NCBI GenBank assembly: GCA_000934665.2
Contig: JYFJ02001986.1
Location: forward strand, 1 to 64,000
Direction of reading: 5' to 3'
DNA from: Catajapyx aquilonaris
Taxonomy: Eukaryota
DNA length: 64,000 bases
The notes below the pieces were generated by a model, which was given only the letters and a program-made list of their open reading frames with translations, ran no database searches and was not told the DNA's origin. The position numbers and the translations under genes were made by a program. This document shows, in pieces, positions 11,816 to 25,258 of this stretch; within the stretch, counting starts at the first letter, position 1; each line of letters starts with the position of its first letter.

Positions 11816-14800
11816 TATATTTCCAACGACAAAGGCCTGAAGCAATATATTAGTTTGATATATTTCCTGCTTAACGTTGAAAAGATAAGGTTTCAATAAG
11901 CTCTACATGGCGTGAAAGGGCTAGTGACATGACATGTGCAGGCCCTAACACATTCGACTTTCTCTATCTGCATTAAAGCGCGATGTTTTCTAGTGTAGTA
12001 ACGCGAAGCTGTTACAATATGCAAAATAGATCTGACATAATCTCCCCCGGGAGCTGTGACACACAAAGAAACCGCTCGCAATTGGTAAATTATATTTGGT
12101 CGAGTGAACCCTTACCGGACTGGTCGGTTTGAAGATGGCAGACTGAGATAAGTTGTACGAGGTAGGCCAGCATCAGATATCGTCTCCTGAGATTCCATCT
12201 GGACGGAAGCCGCTGTGGTGTATATAATGAAGGCCGGAGGTAGCGGCTGGAAAGAGAGAATGGCGTAAAAACAAGCTCTGGTTGACGTGCCAGGAATAAT
12301 TACCGGATCGCGTGCTACCACCACGGATATGCACGCTTCTAATGGCCAAATTGTTACCTCACTGGGGCTATAGGTCACTGTCTCTGATATATAGCTTGCA
12401 TTGTTCTTGCGCTCGGCCCTCTATACCTGCTGAGGTGTTGGAGACCACCGTACAACTATCGGTTGATCAAGCCGGTAATTAACCCCCTCCAGGCTTGTAT
12501 CAAATTTACCCCTTGGCCTCTTATGTACACTTCTTGCATCAAGACGTGTTATTAAGTTATCGGCATTGATGGGTGGATTTTTACCAAAAAAATTGCCAAA
12601 GCCATCCATATCAGAACTTGTCAGTTACTTCCGCTTTTTGAGTGTGTAAATAACGGAAGATATGAGCCCTATAGGAACTATGCAAAATAAACACTGAACA
12701 CAGCTCATACGTTCGTAAATGGTTAGCTAATATGAACAGAGAAAAAACAGAGATCATTTTGTTGATTGAAGTTAGAGCCACACTTTAGTATCTATGCTTG
12801 AGTTGACACAATAATAGCACAGGCGTTGTAAACGATATAAGCGTGTATGATTGTTCGATAAAAAATGCTCGCGTAACACCATCGATTCCAATATCTCCAT
12901 AATCATGCAGTCCAGTGTGCAATGCCCGCAGCTCCGAGCATACTTTTCTTTCTTCCTCTTTTTCCAAACTACCTTACAGAGGAATTGTTTGGAAAGAAAT
13001 GGAACAATGGAAGGAGGACACACTTTTTTTTGGAACTGGAAGCATCGTCAGGGGAATCAAGATTCCCGAATTCTCCCCTCCTTCGGAATAAGTTGGAAGC
13101 CGGGTGTCGTTACATGTCGGCAGTCAGGGTGTCGGGGATGGCCAGACGCCGCCAACTGTGGTGCATCAACAGCTGAGCCTATGAACATCTTCCCCCCTTC
13201 CCATCCCCTCCTCCTTCCCCCTCCTCCCCACCAGCTCCGACGCCGTACATCAATCCCGATTGATCTCAGGCGGCAGATTCGGGGATTTGGAGACGCGAGA
13301 AGATGGGACACCGCTACTGACAACCACAATCTCATCCATAAATGGACGCCTTCCATCCTGGATCGGGATTGGGGCACACGTGCCACGACAACAGGCACAT
13401 TATGCATACAACCGGAGTTACTAACTTCATGTCACCTTCAGCGGAAAAATTGAAATATTGAAACGTAGACGCTGTCAATAGTAGTGCAGGTTTTGTACAG
13501 TAGGCCTACGCTGGATCCAACATTAAAAGTCAGAGACACCCCCCCCCCCTCCCCGCTATTATCTGGATCTCACCCACTCTGGACAACCCAAATGTGATAA
13601 CTGAGAGCGATGTGAAGCGTAGTAGTCATGCCTTTCGTATGTTAATATTAGAGGTATAGTAGAGTAGTACCTTATGTCAAATGTGTGACATGACAACTCC
13701 TCAGTTTGCCTGGTCTCATATCGCGGTGGATTGTCTGGGGTGGGTGGCATTTAGATAAGGGGGTTGGTGAAATATGCTTTTTGATGCTGGATCCACTATA
13801 GCAGGAAAATAGTAGGTTTATAAAGGTAGACGGGGTAGACGTTACAGTCATGAGACCTGAAAAATTGCTTATTGCATATTTCCCAAATTTGAAGAGTCTC
13901 TGCACATAAATATCTTCACTGAAACTACATGGAACCAAATGAGAGGTCTTAGAATGCCGTCAGCATTGATCATAAAGCAGAGACTCAAAAACAATGGCAT
14001 TTTTGTCATTTCCGCAAATAGTGAATTATTAAGTGACCAGTAATACGGTCCCTAGGCCAGTGACTCAGAATCTATCAACAATTTGACACAAATTACAGGC
14101 TGATGACATTATATTTCAACTCGAGTAATTATTCATGAAGAAATCTCTCTTACAGCTTCTGAGGATTTTTTACGGAAAAATATTGAGCGTACGACATTAT
14201 TTTCGGGTGAGTCAACAGTGTACCTGCTGAAGACCCACAACTCGAATGATGCGATTAAGCATTTTTAAACCAGATATAGCATGTTACAAGTATATGATAA
14301 CTGCCAACTCCCACGTGAATTACAATTCAGTCAACTTACAAGTACAACCATGTCTTTAAATTGTAATCTGACATGAAAGATACAGCAGATTACATAATCC
14401 TCATATCCATGTAACAAAATCAGTTCTGAAGATATCAGTTAAACTTCCAAAAGTCCTGCTACCTGAACAAACTATCTGAAGCTCCAAACTCTTTGCTGTA
14501 GGGACTAATGTGTAAAGAAGCGCCTCTCCAAAAAAGTTACAGAAAGGAATATGGCAACTTTCTCCCCCCTGGTTCCCTCCCCTCTCCCCTTCCCGCCTCT
14601 CCCCAACCTCCGCAGCCAAACACGGGAGGCAGGTCCACCTGTAACAAGGTCCCCAGCTGGTTTGCAGAGGAATTCATTGGCAGTCTTCGGCTTTCCTCCT
14701 GAGATGAGATTTTGGCGTTTGTCAAGTCTTGTCACGCCCTCCCCTTTCAATCGGGCCTCTTTCCCCCCCCCCCACCCTCCCCCCTATTCTGGGGAGCTGT

Positions 14801-15385
14801 CGGTCACTGAGAGGACAAATCATGCGTCCACTGACCCAAGGTTGCCACGTGTGCGTCCAAAACTTATGTGTCAACGAAAAGACCTTTGACTTGTGCCGAT
14901 TCTTTTTCAAGTTAGAAGAAATCGCTGAGAAAACTTTTCTGCTTGACTATTCATGCGGACAAGATTCGGGAGCTATATACAGTAGCATGAGAAATAGTAG
15001 TAACAGTGAATCACAATAAGTTAATTCGCATTCCTGTGAAAATTAACTTGCGATTGCATGCAATAGATCTTCCTGATCGTCCGAGCACCGCAAATTCGCA
15101 ACAATAACTCATTTTCTGTAATGATCAAATGTGGCACAAATATGACCTCACGTAATGGGGCACGAGCCAAGTACACAGAGCAGGTTAATTAATAATGTCG
15201 GAATTCATTAATTCCACCTGTTTTGGTGGATCCGGCGTATCGGCATGTCGATGGTCAGTTGGGCCCCAGCCCCACTATTTTTTTTAGCAAAACCGCAAAC
15301 AAACCCCTTCCCACGTCATTTGTCATTGGCCTTTATGTAACAGTCAGGGGGCTGCAGGCATCCAGAGGAGGGCACCGAAAGAAAA

Positions 15386-15900
15386 TTTAGAGTAGAGCTT
15401 CTGGCCCTGACCACAATGGGCCAGCGTATTTTTTGCAACATAAATCATTCATGCCTTCACCAACTTCTTATATCGAAAGAGAAGCCCATTTTTAAGGCCG
15501 GTAGACGCATCAAGTGTTTTGTATCTTCTAAATTTTTGGTCTCTTTGTAAAAAGGCATACGCGAAAAAAATCTGATGCTGCACATATCCGCTCCTGCAAG
15601 TCAGCTCTTCAATAATGAGGAAATCTGTGAAAATATGAGCTTGAAATTTTCCGGTCGGTTTGCGTTTGGCAACGACAGCCGTTATGTCGCAAATCTCTGA
15701 GGATACATCCAAGCGGAAACGATATGCTATGATGTCGGGATATTTTTAGTGGAGCCTGCAGAGACAATGATAATGTTGCTTCCGAGACCCATTTGCCATG
15801 TTGAGGATACCAGGCACTGGAATGGATTTTGGCTGGGACTCCACATTATTTATTTTGCTCGCTAAATTTTTTAAATCGCGCTTATTATTAATTTTTGTAC
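15386..15900 (-). pseudogene. Degenerate hAT (Charlie/SPIN/Buster-type) transposase fragment
   Basis: Minus strand reads, in order, RDLKNLASKINNVESQ ... YRFRLDVSSEICDIT ... FTDFLIIEEL ... TLDASTGLKNGLL ... AHCGQGQKLYSK. This parallels hAT LDESTD, IxEELL, TDGAxxMxGxKNGL and HCxxHQExLCxK motifs. Stops and frameshifts are present. Confidence 0.6.
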
Positions 15901-18120
15901 AGCAAGGACCCAGCAGGTTTCGGTAATATTTTGAGCAATATGCCCCTAATTTAGGATACCTTTCCTGTGTTGACTGTGCAAGCAATGTTCCCTCTTTCGT
16001 TTTAATACGTCTAGGAGAGGAGGAACAAAAATGCTTGTGACAACATACTATATAGCGCGACATTATAATGCACTGTGACGTTCCTTGTGTGCTTGACTGA
16101 TACCGATATTAATCACAAGCAGGTTATAGCTACGGTATCATAAAATATCCCCGTCCTTAACAAGTACCAGCTCATAATTTGTGAAGTTCTATTGGTAAAC
16201 ATGTGCTTGATCACCAGGCTCGGAGCGTTCAGAGCAGAACAAGTGAATTGGGTTTTTTTTTTCTCCGCTCCATACCCTGTAAAAGTAACTATCAGCACCG
16301 TGAAAAGTGCTACAGGCATCAATTTTCACGCAGTGTACACCCTCCCCCGCCCCCTTTATTGGATTTCTGTTTTATCTGTCCTGGGTTAATTTGAAAGGAA
16401 ACAGCGCCAGTGCGGAATTGCATCAAAACCCGGGCAATCTAATCCGGCGAAAATATGACCAAAGCGCCGTTACGTGTAAAAACACGGCGAAATTGAAAAG
16501 CTATTTCCCAGCGCGGCTGCACTCATTATGCGTGGGTCCCGCATTTTAGCTATGACCTTGTTGTTGACACGCAACCAGCCGCCCACCATCAGCATCATGG
16601 CTATGGAAATTCTTCCTGGTCAACACTCAAAACCACCGAGTTTTTTTCATCTCTGGGAAACCCACGTTTGTGTAGCATCATCGGGTAAAAATTCATTGTT
16701 GCAAAATATGAACTGGAAAAATTACAACAATAAACTGATGATTCTGACTTTTGCAACAATGCGCCTTGGGTAGCTTGTTTTCACAACCTGTCATCTGACT
16801 CTATCGACTCGGACCAGACGGGTTGTAATAGGAATTTAATGAGATTAATCAAATTTTGTATAGAGCCATGCATTTAAATTAACTTTACATCATGGCTCCG
16901 ATAGCAGCCAACTCATTTTGAGCGGCTCCATGCACTCGCTTCCAGAGCATTCTTTGCCTAATATCCCTGAAATCCCAAATCAGCGCCAATCTGTCTCGCA
17001 TTAGCGGCTCTGTAAATACCTCACGTAAATAATCACCCATTTTTGTTCGCAATTGTGCAATATCCTCCCCTCTCTCCAACCAAAAAAAGGGGGTAGTGTA
17101 CCCCTTTTGTTCTGATTCAATGGACTCGAAATATGGCTTTTCATTAGCGGTATACTCTTCCTTGATAATTCACTGGCGTCAAATGCAAACAAAAAAGTTG
17201 GGATAATATATCACTGGTGAGGCCACGGGTGAGGCTCTCCCGAATACCATCAGCCCTCGACAATGATTACGACCTTTTAAAAAATAAAGTGTCGGTGGTA
17301 TCGCAAAACTGAAGGAAAAGTGCACACAATAATCACATCAAGCTCCCTTCACCCTTCCTGTAAGGTGACGAGTATTTGCGTAAGTGATTGAATCTTGAGA
17401 GGGACTTGATGGAAAGTAAATGAAGATGTAAGCCGGTGACGAGAAAGGTGGAAAGGAAAATTCATCTCACTTTTGGCTCAAGTTACGCAGATCGTGATGA
17501 GTCTTCCTTGCAAAATGAAACTCATCTTTCATGCATGAACGCTACGCTCTAAGTCAGATCTTGGGCTCGGGAAGTATTTTGTATGCTATTTTAAGGCAGC
17601 GTTATTGTATAAAAAATAATAAGACGCCTAAAGCACTGCGGCATTGCCAACGGCCTCAGAGAAATGACCTCTTATACTGTAAATAGGTCACAAAAAAGCA
17701 ACACGGGTATATTGTTTATGGATCAACAATTTTACAGGTATATATTTACTCCTGTATACACATAGTAGGTATATTGCGAATGCGAGCAGCTATGCGACAA
17801 AAATGATGTTCTTTAGGGAATAATAAACTTCGGATATCACACGAGGATAACCAATTACTTGTTACCTGAAAAAGGCTATTGTGATGATATCCCGCTTGAT
17901 GTAATGAAATGGCCGGGGCACACCCACCTTCCTTCAGGCTCAGAATCATAAATTAAGTTCCCATCATTACCGAGGAGGAGGTCTAGGGATAGTCTCTGGC
18001 CGATTGTAACATCTATACGAAGCATCACTTAATTAGCCCATCGGAATTTATTAGCAGCGAGCGAGGCAGGCCCGTGTACGTACGAGCAGGTTGCTTGAGG
18101 GTAGACTATCCTGCAGGGCT

Positions 18121-18173
18121 TTCCTTCCTTCCTTCCTTCCTTCCTTCCTTCCCTCCTTCCTTCCTTCCCTCCC
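18121..18173. repeat. (TTCC)n microsatellite
   Basis: Directly visible, slightly imperfect tetranucleotide run. Confidence 0.95.
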
Positions 18174-19037
18174 TTAATTCTCTCCGACGCCACAGGCTGC
18201 AAGAGGGCCATCTACACCCTAATTAATTATTTCTCAGCCTCAGCCTCAGCAGCCAGCAGATAGAGAAAGGGATAGGGAAAGATACAACAAAGCCTGGGAA
18301 ACTCGCCTGTTCAGAAACCACCCGACGTCTGCATGGGGACACCTATCTGGGACAGACAATCAGGGGACATGTCCCACCATCCCTCATCATTAGTTCTGCT
18401 GCCTACAACCTCTACACAGACGAAAGAGAATTAATTTTAAATGTCTTTGAGTCTAGTAATGGGCTAGCTCGTCAAATGTGGGCAATGACATCGCTAATTA
18501 CAGGCTGTTGCTAATGAGGCCAGTAACACGTTTTATTACGTGCCGGAGACCAGGACAACCGGTGACCAATTCGAATCAACCGCTTCTTTTTGGTCAGCCC
18601 TCCGTGTAGTAACGAAGCGGCCGCACGTCCAGCGGCTGCAGAAAATCCAATTTGAAGTCGGCATTCCCTGGATGCTCATTTCCAACTACACCTATCTCAC
18701 TCGACGTGAGCGAGTGTTCAATAACTCTGTCGAATCGGGATTCCCCTACCCTCGTTAAGCAGACGTGATCACATGTGTGGATATCTCTCGGAAGCTGGTC
18801 TCTAATCACAGCCTGTACTCAGTACGTACGAGTGCATTTGTTACGTTGGGAGAAATCTGCAGTGCCTCACAGGATACCACCAGAATCAGCCCATTTTTTT
18901 CACTCACTCGCCATTTTGATAGCGTACTGCCTACGAGCTTTGATTTTAAAATTAAAGTTGCATATAGACCTTGTATGCTGCAAACATGTTCTTCAATCCT
19001 CAATGTCCGTGTAGCACTGGACTGATATACAAAAAAT

Positions 19038-19191
19038 CAAGGGGGGTAATCACTTCGGTACTCCGGTGTACAGTACACCTGTGAGTGGTACTCCCTGGTA
19101 CTCCTCAGGCACCTCACTCTTTATTACTCCGTGGTACTCCTTGAATTTGGTACTCCAGTGTACACTTTTCAGTCGAGTGATTACCCCCTTT
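19038..19191. mobile_element. ~150-bp MITE with 8-bp TSD (hAT- or P-like), copy 1
   Basis: TIR CAAGGGGG(G)TAATCAC / GTGATTACCCCCTT. TSD CAAAAAAT at 19030-19037 and 19192-19199. Internal GGTACTCC repeats. Near-identical to 26993-27143. Confidence 0.92.
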
Positions 19192-21289
19192 CAAAAAATC
19201 GTACGAGTATTTACATCTTTGCACTGTATATCGCTGTATATAGTATACATGCCATTTTCATTAGGCCTCGTCAAAATGAACACCTCGCAATTTTGTTTCC
19301 GTCACCACGCTAGCAGTTTTTACGATTAGTGCATGTCCCAAATTATTTTATAAAGGCCCGAGACGAATCCAAATTCAAAATATGTGGGAGGCAGGCAGTG
19401 CTGCAACACAGAAGCTCGGGGAATGCAAACGCAGAGGAATGCATGTGATGTGGGCTGGCATCCCAACATTAGACAAAGCAAGTATTCCAGATGCGTATTG
19501 ATATTAAACTGGATTATTGGCGTAGAGTGGCCTGGGGGCCAACTCGCCCAGAAAGCTAAACTCAGCTCCTCTTCCGGAAAATATGCCCAGGCTGCTACAT
19601 ACCGTGTGGCAAATATAGAGCAGGCCTAAGAGTTGCTGAACCTGGAAGCAGGGCATCCAACTCACTACACGAAACCAGAGCTATCAGTTGGTTTTGTCCA
19701 GTGGTATGTAGGTGCTCATGCTGCTAAGACAACTATGCAGGGTGGTTTATCGGCATTTGTAAACAATTTGAAGATAAACAAGCAATAATCTGACACTATT
19801 TTCCGACAATTCATCACTATTACCACCACAGGGTGCAGCAATAATGTCGCATATTTCTTAAAGCATTAAATCATACTTTGCACGATTGCACATATAGCTT
19901 GTGTGTGTGTAATTCTAATGTACGCTATAATCAGAGATTTTATCTAACTTAACCTTAGTATTTTAATTACCTGTAAAATGAACAATAGAGCATGTCCTCC
20001 CAGGAGGGGTGTGACACACGCTACCAGATTGATTCAAAATATTGATTTGATACTAATGAGTTGTTTGAGAGTCATTGTTCTCGTTGCTCCTCGGCTTCTT
20101 TGCGGAGAATTAAGCTGTTGCGTTTGAGCGCAGAGAAACAGATGGTTTATCCGGACTCTCCATTTATCACGGACAGAGCTTTTAAAAGCTCCAAGCAGGC
20201 GAGGAAAAGAAGAGAGAGAAAAAGAAAACCTGGAGATCCAGGCCCAAAAAAGAGCTGGGGAAAATGGTAGCAGAAGCTGTGCATCTCTTCCCCCGCTGAT
20301 TTGTCGCACTTAGCGAAATAGTTCTCCAAATCCCAGAGCATTACTTTCCTTCCTGACCCAAGCCTGCTGATGCTGCAGGGGAACGGATGACTCTCTTCGT
20401 GTCACACTCTTATCTATAGCTCTCGCTTCATGCTGGACACTAGGGACATGTATAGAGTAGGATAGAGCTAGATCACTCATTTCATTGCAAATTCTGACAG
20501 AGAAAGGATTCAGGCTCTTTGTCCTGACAAAGAAGCCGAACATTTTGCAAGACGACGACGCGACGGATGGATTAATTTTGGAGTTTCACATATTGTTGGA
20601 AAGCCCATTTAATTGCCTTTTCAACCGTATATAATATGACTCCACCTACTATTTAGAGGTCATACAGGCGAGATAAAATTTATTAGCGTACGTGAGATTT
20701 TTTTACCGATACGTACAGTATGTGATAGAAAAGAAACACAGGATAATTATATTGACGTCTGCTAGTATACTGTCCCAATACCCAATACAAACTCTAACAC
20801 GCCATTCGTATTTAGGGTCAATATCTGAGCAGATGAAGTTTTTAATTACAACGCCGAACACCGTGAAGTCAACATTCCTCGAAGTCATCCGCTGTCCACT
20901 CGTAAAGCCCGTCGTAGAAAAGTCCGCAGTTACTTGCACAAGTTGTGCCCAAAAACCCTCCGTCAAGTCTGGCAGTAAATCTTGAAAAAAAAGGACGGGG
21001 GAGGGGGGGGGGGGGNGGGGGGGGGGAGGAGAGAGAAGTGAGTATAAGGAAAAAAGTGCACAGCAAGAGCAGGCCTTTAGGTGCGGAATTGCAACTTTTT
21101 ACAATCAATGCGGCGCTAATCTGGTTGTAAAGGAGGCCGATATAAAGCACCGGCCGCAGCAGAGGGAAAGGGACCACCCTCCTTCCCTCCTATGTTAGTG
21201 TGTGTACCTTCTGGTCCAACAATTAGTTGCTCTTTACTGCTGCTCCCGTGCTGGTGGAGAGTACAGCGCACTTCATCATCTATACCCCG

Positions 21290-21330
21290 CCTTCCTTCCT
21301 TCCCTCCTTCCTTCCTTCCTTCCTTCCCCT
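21290..21330. repeat. (TTCC)n microsatellite
   Basis: Directly visible, slightly imperfect tetranucleotide run. Confidence 0.9.
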
Positions 21331-23582
21331 TTTTCTTGGCCTCTTTTCTCGGTCGCATCCACTGTGGCTTTTGGAGAGCCAGGCAAACGAATTAGCTGCA
21401 GGTTTGATTGATCTCTGGAGAGAAAATTAAGATTTACTACCATGGTCTCCAGCAGCCAAAGGGCATTACTCTTTATTTCCTAGGGTACGGAAATGAAATT
21501 TATACACATCCACCAAATCGTTCAAATGTCATCTTAACAATTCGAAGAGTGAGAATTATATTGCCGGTATATTTTATTTTGGGCTGTAAGTTACTGCCGC
21601 GGTAACACGGTGTGCCAACTTACTTTTCCCAGTTAAGGCCCCATCTGTTACTTCATCTGGCCACAGAGGCAATTTCACCACAGGAGACCATTCAGGAGGA
21701 TACAACAATATCAACTGTTTATCGATACGAGAATGAACGACTAGCAATATTCTTAATTAACACGAGCCTTTGACGTGGGTTATGCCTTAACCATTAGCTG
21801 AAGGGCATGTGCCCAACTGTGACTTAAATTAGAGATCCATTGCATTATACGCTGGCGAAATGAGATAAAATTTATGATACCAAAATGATTTAATAAATTA
21901 TAAACGGAACTTGGTGTTTGCCTATCTGAATGAGGTTGGAAATTTATGATTTATCCATACTGTACAGTAGGCCTAATCTACTTGTGATGGCTAGCATGTA
22001 AAAAAGTTCGCCGTAGCGTGGGAAACCTAAATATAGTTATTTGAAATGTATTTATAAAACTCGTGTCCAATAAAAACCCGTGGTAAGAAAGAGGCATTGA
22101 TTTTTGAACCAAAAAAATGTAGTACCAGAAATGGAAAAGAGCAGTAGTAGTTTGGCCATCGGGAAACTTTTCTCGAAACTGCAATACTTTCAGTCACAGC
22201 TGTGGCCTCACCGCTAATTCCGAGGAAACTTTAGCGCCTCCAAACCAACTTCGAAAGGATCCTATCAACAAGGATCCACAAAGTTCCGGATCCACAGCGC
22301 TGGCCCCCTAATGACGACCGATATCCAACCAAAATAACTACTGCCCGTGAGATATCAAAGGACCGCCAGAGCTGATGGAACTGACTTTGTATCAAATATT
22401 GAATAAGCGGTAGGCCTACTGTTCCTTTTGCTGCAGGCTGTAATAAGAGCGAGCCCTGCAGTAACGTGCTGTACAGCGGCCAACTCGCGTTATTAACAAT
22501 TTATTCAGCCTCATTTGCAATTTACACAAGATCGGCACCAAACATGCCTATGGAATCGCTCTCATGAATATTGTGAGCAGAAAATTACAGCTCACTTCTC
22601 AGAGCATAGTAATCTGCACAGTATAACCAATTACAATAGGCAAACGTTCCCTGCAAGCTAAGAGAATGTTATAATTAATTCCTCTTCACCTGCGTCGTTT
22701 TCTTTGTCTCTGCAATAGTCCAGCTACCTATCAGGCTCCAGTTCCATCTCTTTTCCACCTTAACTCCTCATTCATCGACATGGCTGGTCGATAGAATATT
22801 ATTCGCATAATCCTAGCTTCGTTGCAAGGCAAAAGGCGCAACTTTATTTGGCTCCTTTACAATATCAGGAAAGATAAAGCGTTTAGTGTTTACCCTTCCG
22901 GCAGTTTTATCTTTCCCGCTAACTTGGATGCAAGTTCCCCTGAAAGGATTACTGCGCCATACAGTAGTTGTGCCTAGAGGTGACAGTGTGCATAAAGCGA
23001 GACTTCATTTCAATGACGCCTACCGACTGGGGCTATGCGCAAATGATTAATCCTAATTAATTGAACTATTCACGTTATCTTATGCATTACTTACCGATGC
23101 TTAGGAACAAAATAGCGCTTGGGAAATGGAGTTGGTGCAGGTATGATGCAGTATAGAAGCTATACCTAAGATTGGGAATTGCCGTATGTCACACAATTGA
23201 CACAAGGTACCTCGGAAATTATCATGTGTAAGAATGACAACTTCGCATGTTCGCGAGGGTCATATTGCGAGTACTGTAGTTAGTCTACTGTTTGGTTTTT
23301 TTTACGGATTAAAATTTTCAGCTCCAGTTTTCCACAGAATTGCCTGAAAATTATTAAGGCTCCAACGATATTGATTACCTTGCCAAATACGTCGCATTTT
23401 GTGCCGCGTAATAAATTTCTGCTCAAATATGAAATTATTTTTTACATAATAAAATTAATCATCCAGACTGTCCAGAGGCATGCGAGGGAAAATATCATAT
23501 TACAAACGTACTTGTTCTGCCGACATAATTGCAGACAACAAGGTGTTATTGTGAATATTATTACAGGATGCTACCCTACAAT

Positions 23583-24571
23583 GGTCGCGGGGCCCGGAGC
23601 CAAAGTCAGGCGCGGGGCCCCTCCAATCGGGGAGGGGGGGGGGGCGAAAAATTGAGGGGGCCCAGCCGAGGTCAGTATTAATTTGGAATTTATATTCGTG
23701 AAATATTTGCGGTATACACCGGGTCCAATATTTGTTTCAAATTAATTGTACGGGAGGCAGATTTGGCGGTTGTGTTATCGGAAATCCGCTATACAAACAG
23801 CATCGGCGGGGCCCCTACAAATTTCGGGGCCCAGAGCAGGGGGTTGAGTCTTCAACTCTGAGGGCCAGCCCTTGTACATAGCACCACAATGACAATTTCA
23901 CACTATGCCGAATATGATTCCTTTATCACACGAGCCCCTGCGCGACTTTAAATAAATTTGCTGTCATTTTTTATAATTCTTTTATTTATTTTACTCCGTG
24001 ACACAACCATAAGTAGTTATATGGGGGTGGCACACCACCATAAGTTTTCAAACTTGTTTTTCTTCAATCATGCACCTTGCAAGGACTTCAGGATGTAGAG
24101 GACTGTGGAGGGATAGGGATTGTTGGGGAGGGTACACTTGTGCAGGTGCAATGTCTTAAACGTTTGGGCCATGTGCAGTCTCCCAGGAGGTTAGGTTGCC
24201 AGACACCTCCAAGGTACAGCGTACAGGTCAGAGACTCCTCCCGACGCAGGTGAAAGGGAACTCCCAGGCGGGAGATAGAACCTGGGACCTTTCACTCAGC
24301 AAGCCGAGATGTTACTATCTCAGCCACCACCCCTCCCCAATTTGCTGTCATTTGCTGATAACTGAACTTGTAGGGGCCCCTCATCACTTTAGCAGTTGGA
24401 AACTAATAATTTATTTTAAGGTTCTTGTTAATTGACGTCAAAAATACACATTAATTTCACAACAATCGTACCTCTAAAAAAGGTTCATATGTTACAAACT
24501 CAAGAGGACCCCGCTGCGCGGGGCCCGGGGCCCGGGGCGGCTGCCCCCCTGCCCCCCACGCGCCGGCGCTG
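23583..24571. mobile_element. Degenerate hAT-like non-autonomous element with GGGCCC subterminal repeats, interrupted by a SINE
   Basis: Clusters of GGGGCCC motifs at 23589-23830 and 24374-24535. Right terminus ...GCCGGCGCTG. CCTACAA occurs on both flanks (23575-23581, 24572-24578). The left TIR is not recognisable. Confidence 0.5.
23970..24338 (-). mobile_element. tRNA-derived SINE (369 bp) with 15-bp TSD
   Basis: Exact TSD AATTTGCTGTCATTT at 23955-23969 and 24339-24353. Minus-strand head has an A-box-like GTGGCTGAGATAGT and a B-box-like GGTTCTATCTC; the 3' tail is A-rich. Confidence 0.85.
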
Positions 24572-25258
24572 CCTACAAGCAAACCATATGCACTCCCCAG
24601 GTGTTCTTAAATGAGCATGTCAACAGTGCCCTTCACCCCTCAAAAAATGTCCACAAAATTCGACAGAGTTGGCCCCAACGTGCACATAACCCTACCGTTA
24701 GGCCCTAACAAGGTCGCCTCTCCCCGAATTAACAGGGCTGTGACGAGGAAATTGCACACCGGTAGCGAACTTGCGAACAAATGTATTTTATACAGCCCAA
24801 TGGCCGAAAGGAAAGCGAGCAGGACAGTTTCAGAGTGTTTTGTGCTTTTCCCTCCCGCCGTCCCTGCTTTTCCCCCACCATCCTTGCCCCTTCCACATGC
24901 TGAAGTTGAAACCTTTTATAGCCAAAGCGTTGGCAAACCGGTCCGAAAACTTGTCCATGTCGTTAACAGCAGTCTAGCAGTGTTAGGCCTCGCTCGAGTG
25001 AGTCTGCTCTCGGACCCTTTACCCTATATATACGTGTACCGTACGTGTGTATACGTATACGCTGCCTTCCTCCAAAATTGGCTCTGAAAAGACAGGATTC
25101 TGTGACGGTGAGCTGCCGGTTCACGTTACATCACACCAGACGCGGATTTCTGGACACATACTAAGGAGCCTGATATCTACTGTTATCTCAAGTTATAAAA
25201 ATGATTATATTACAGTGTCATGTGTAGAGAATATCTGTGTATACTACAGGACAAGACT

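Noticed and set aside
12851..13453. Longest ORF in the track (200 aa)
   Set aside because: TTG start, low-complexity Pro run from a C/T tract, no recognisable domain or convincing splice context.
19038..19191. Regularly spaced GGTACTCC repeats resembling a CRISPR-like array
   Set aside because: Repeats are 8 bp with very short spacers shared between copies, bounded by TIRs and TSDs; it is a MITE in a eukaryotic genome.
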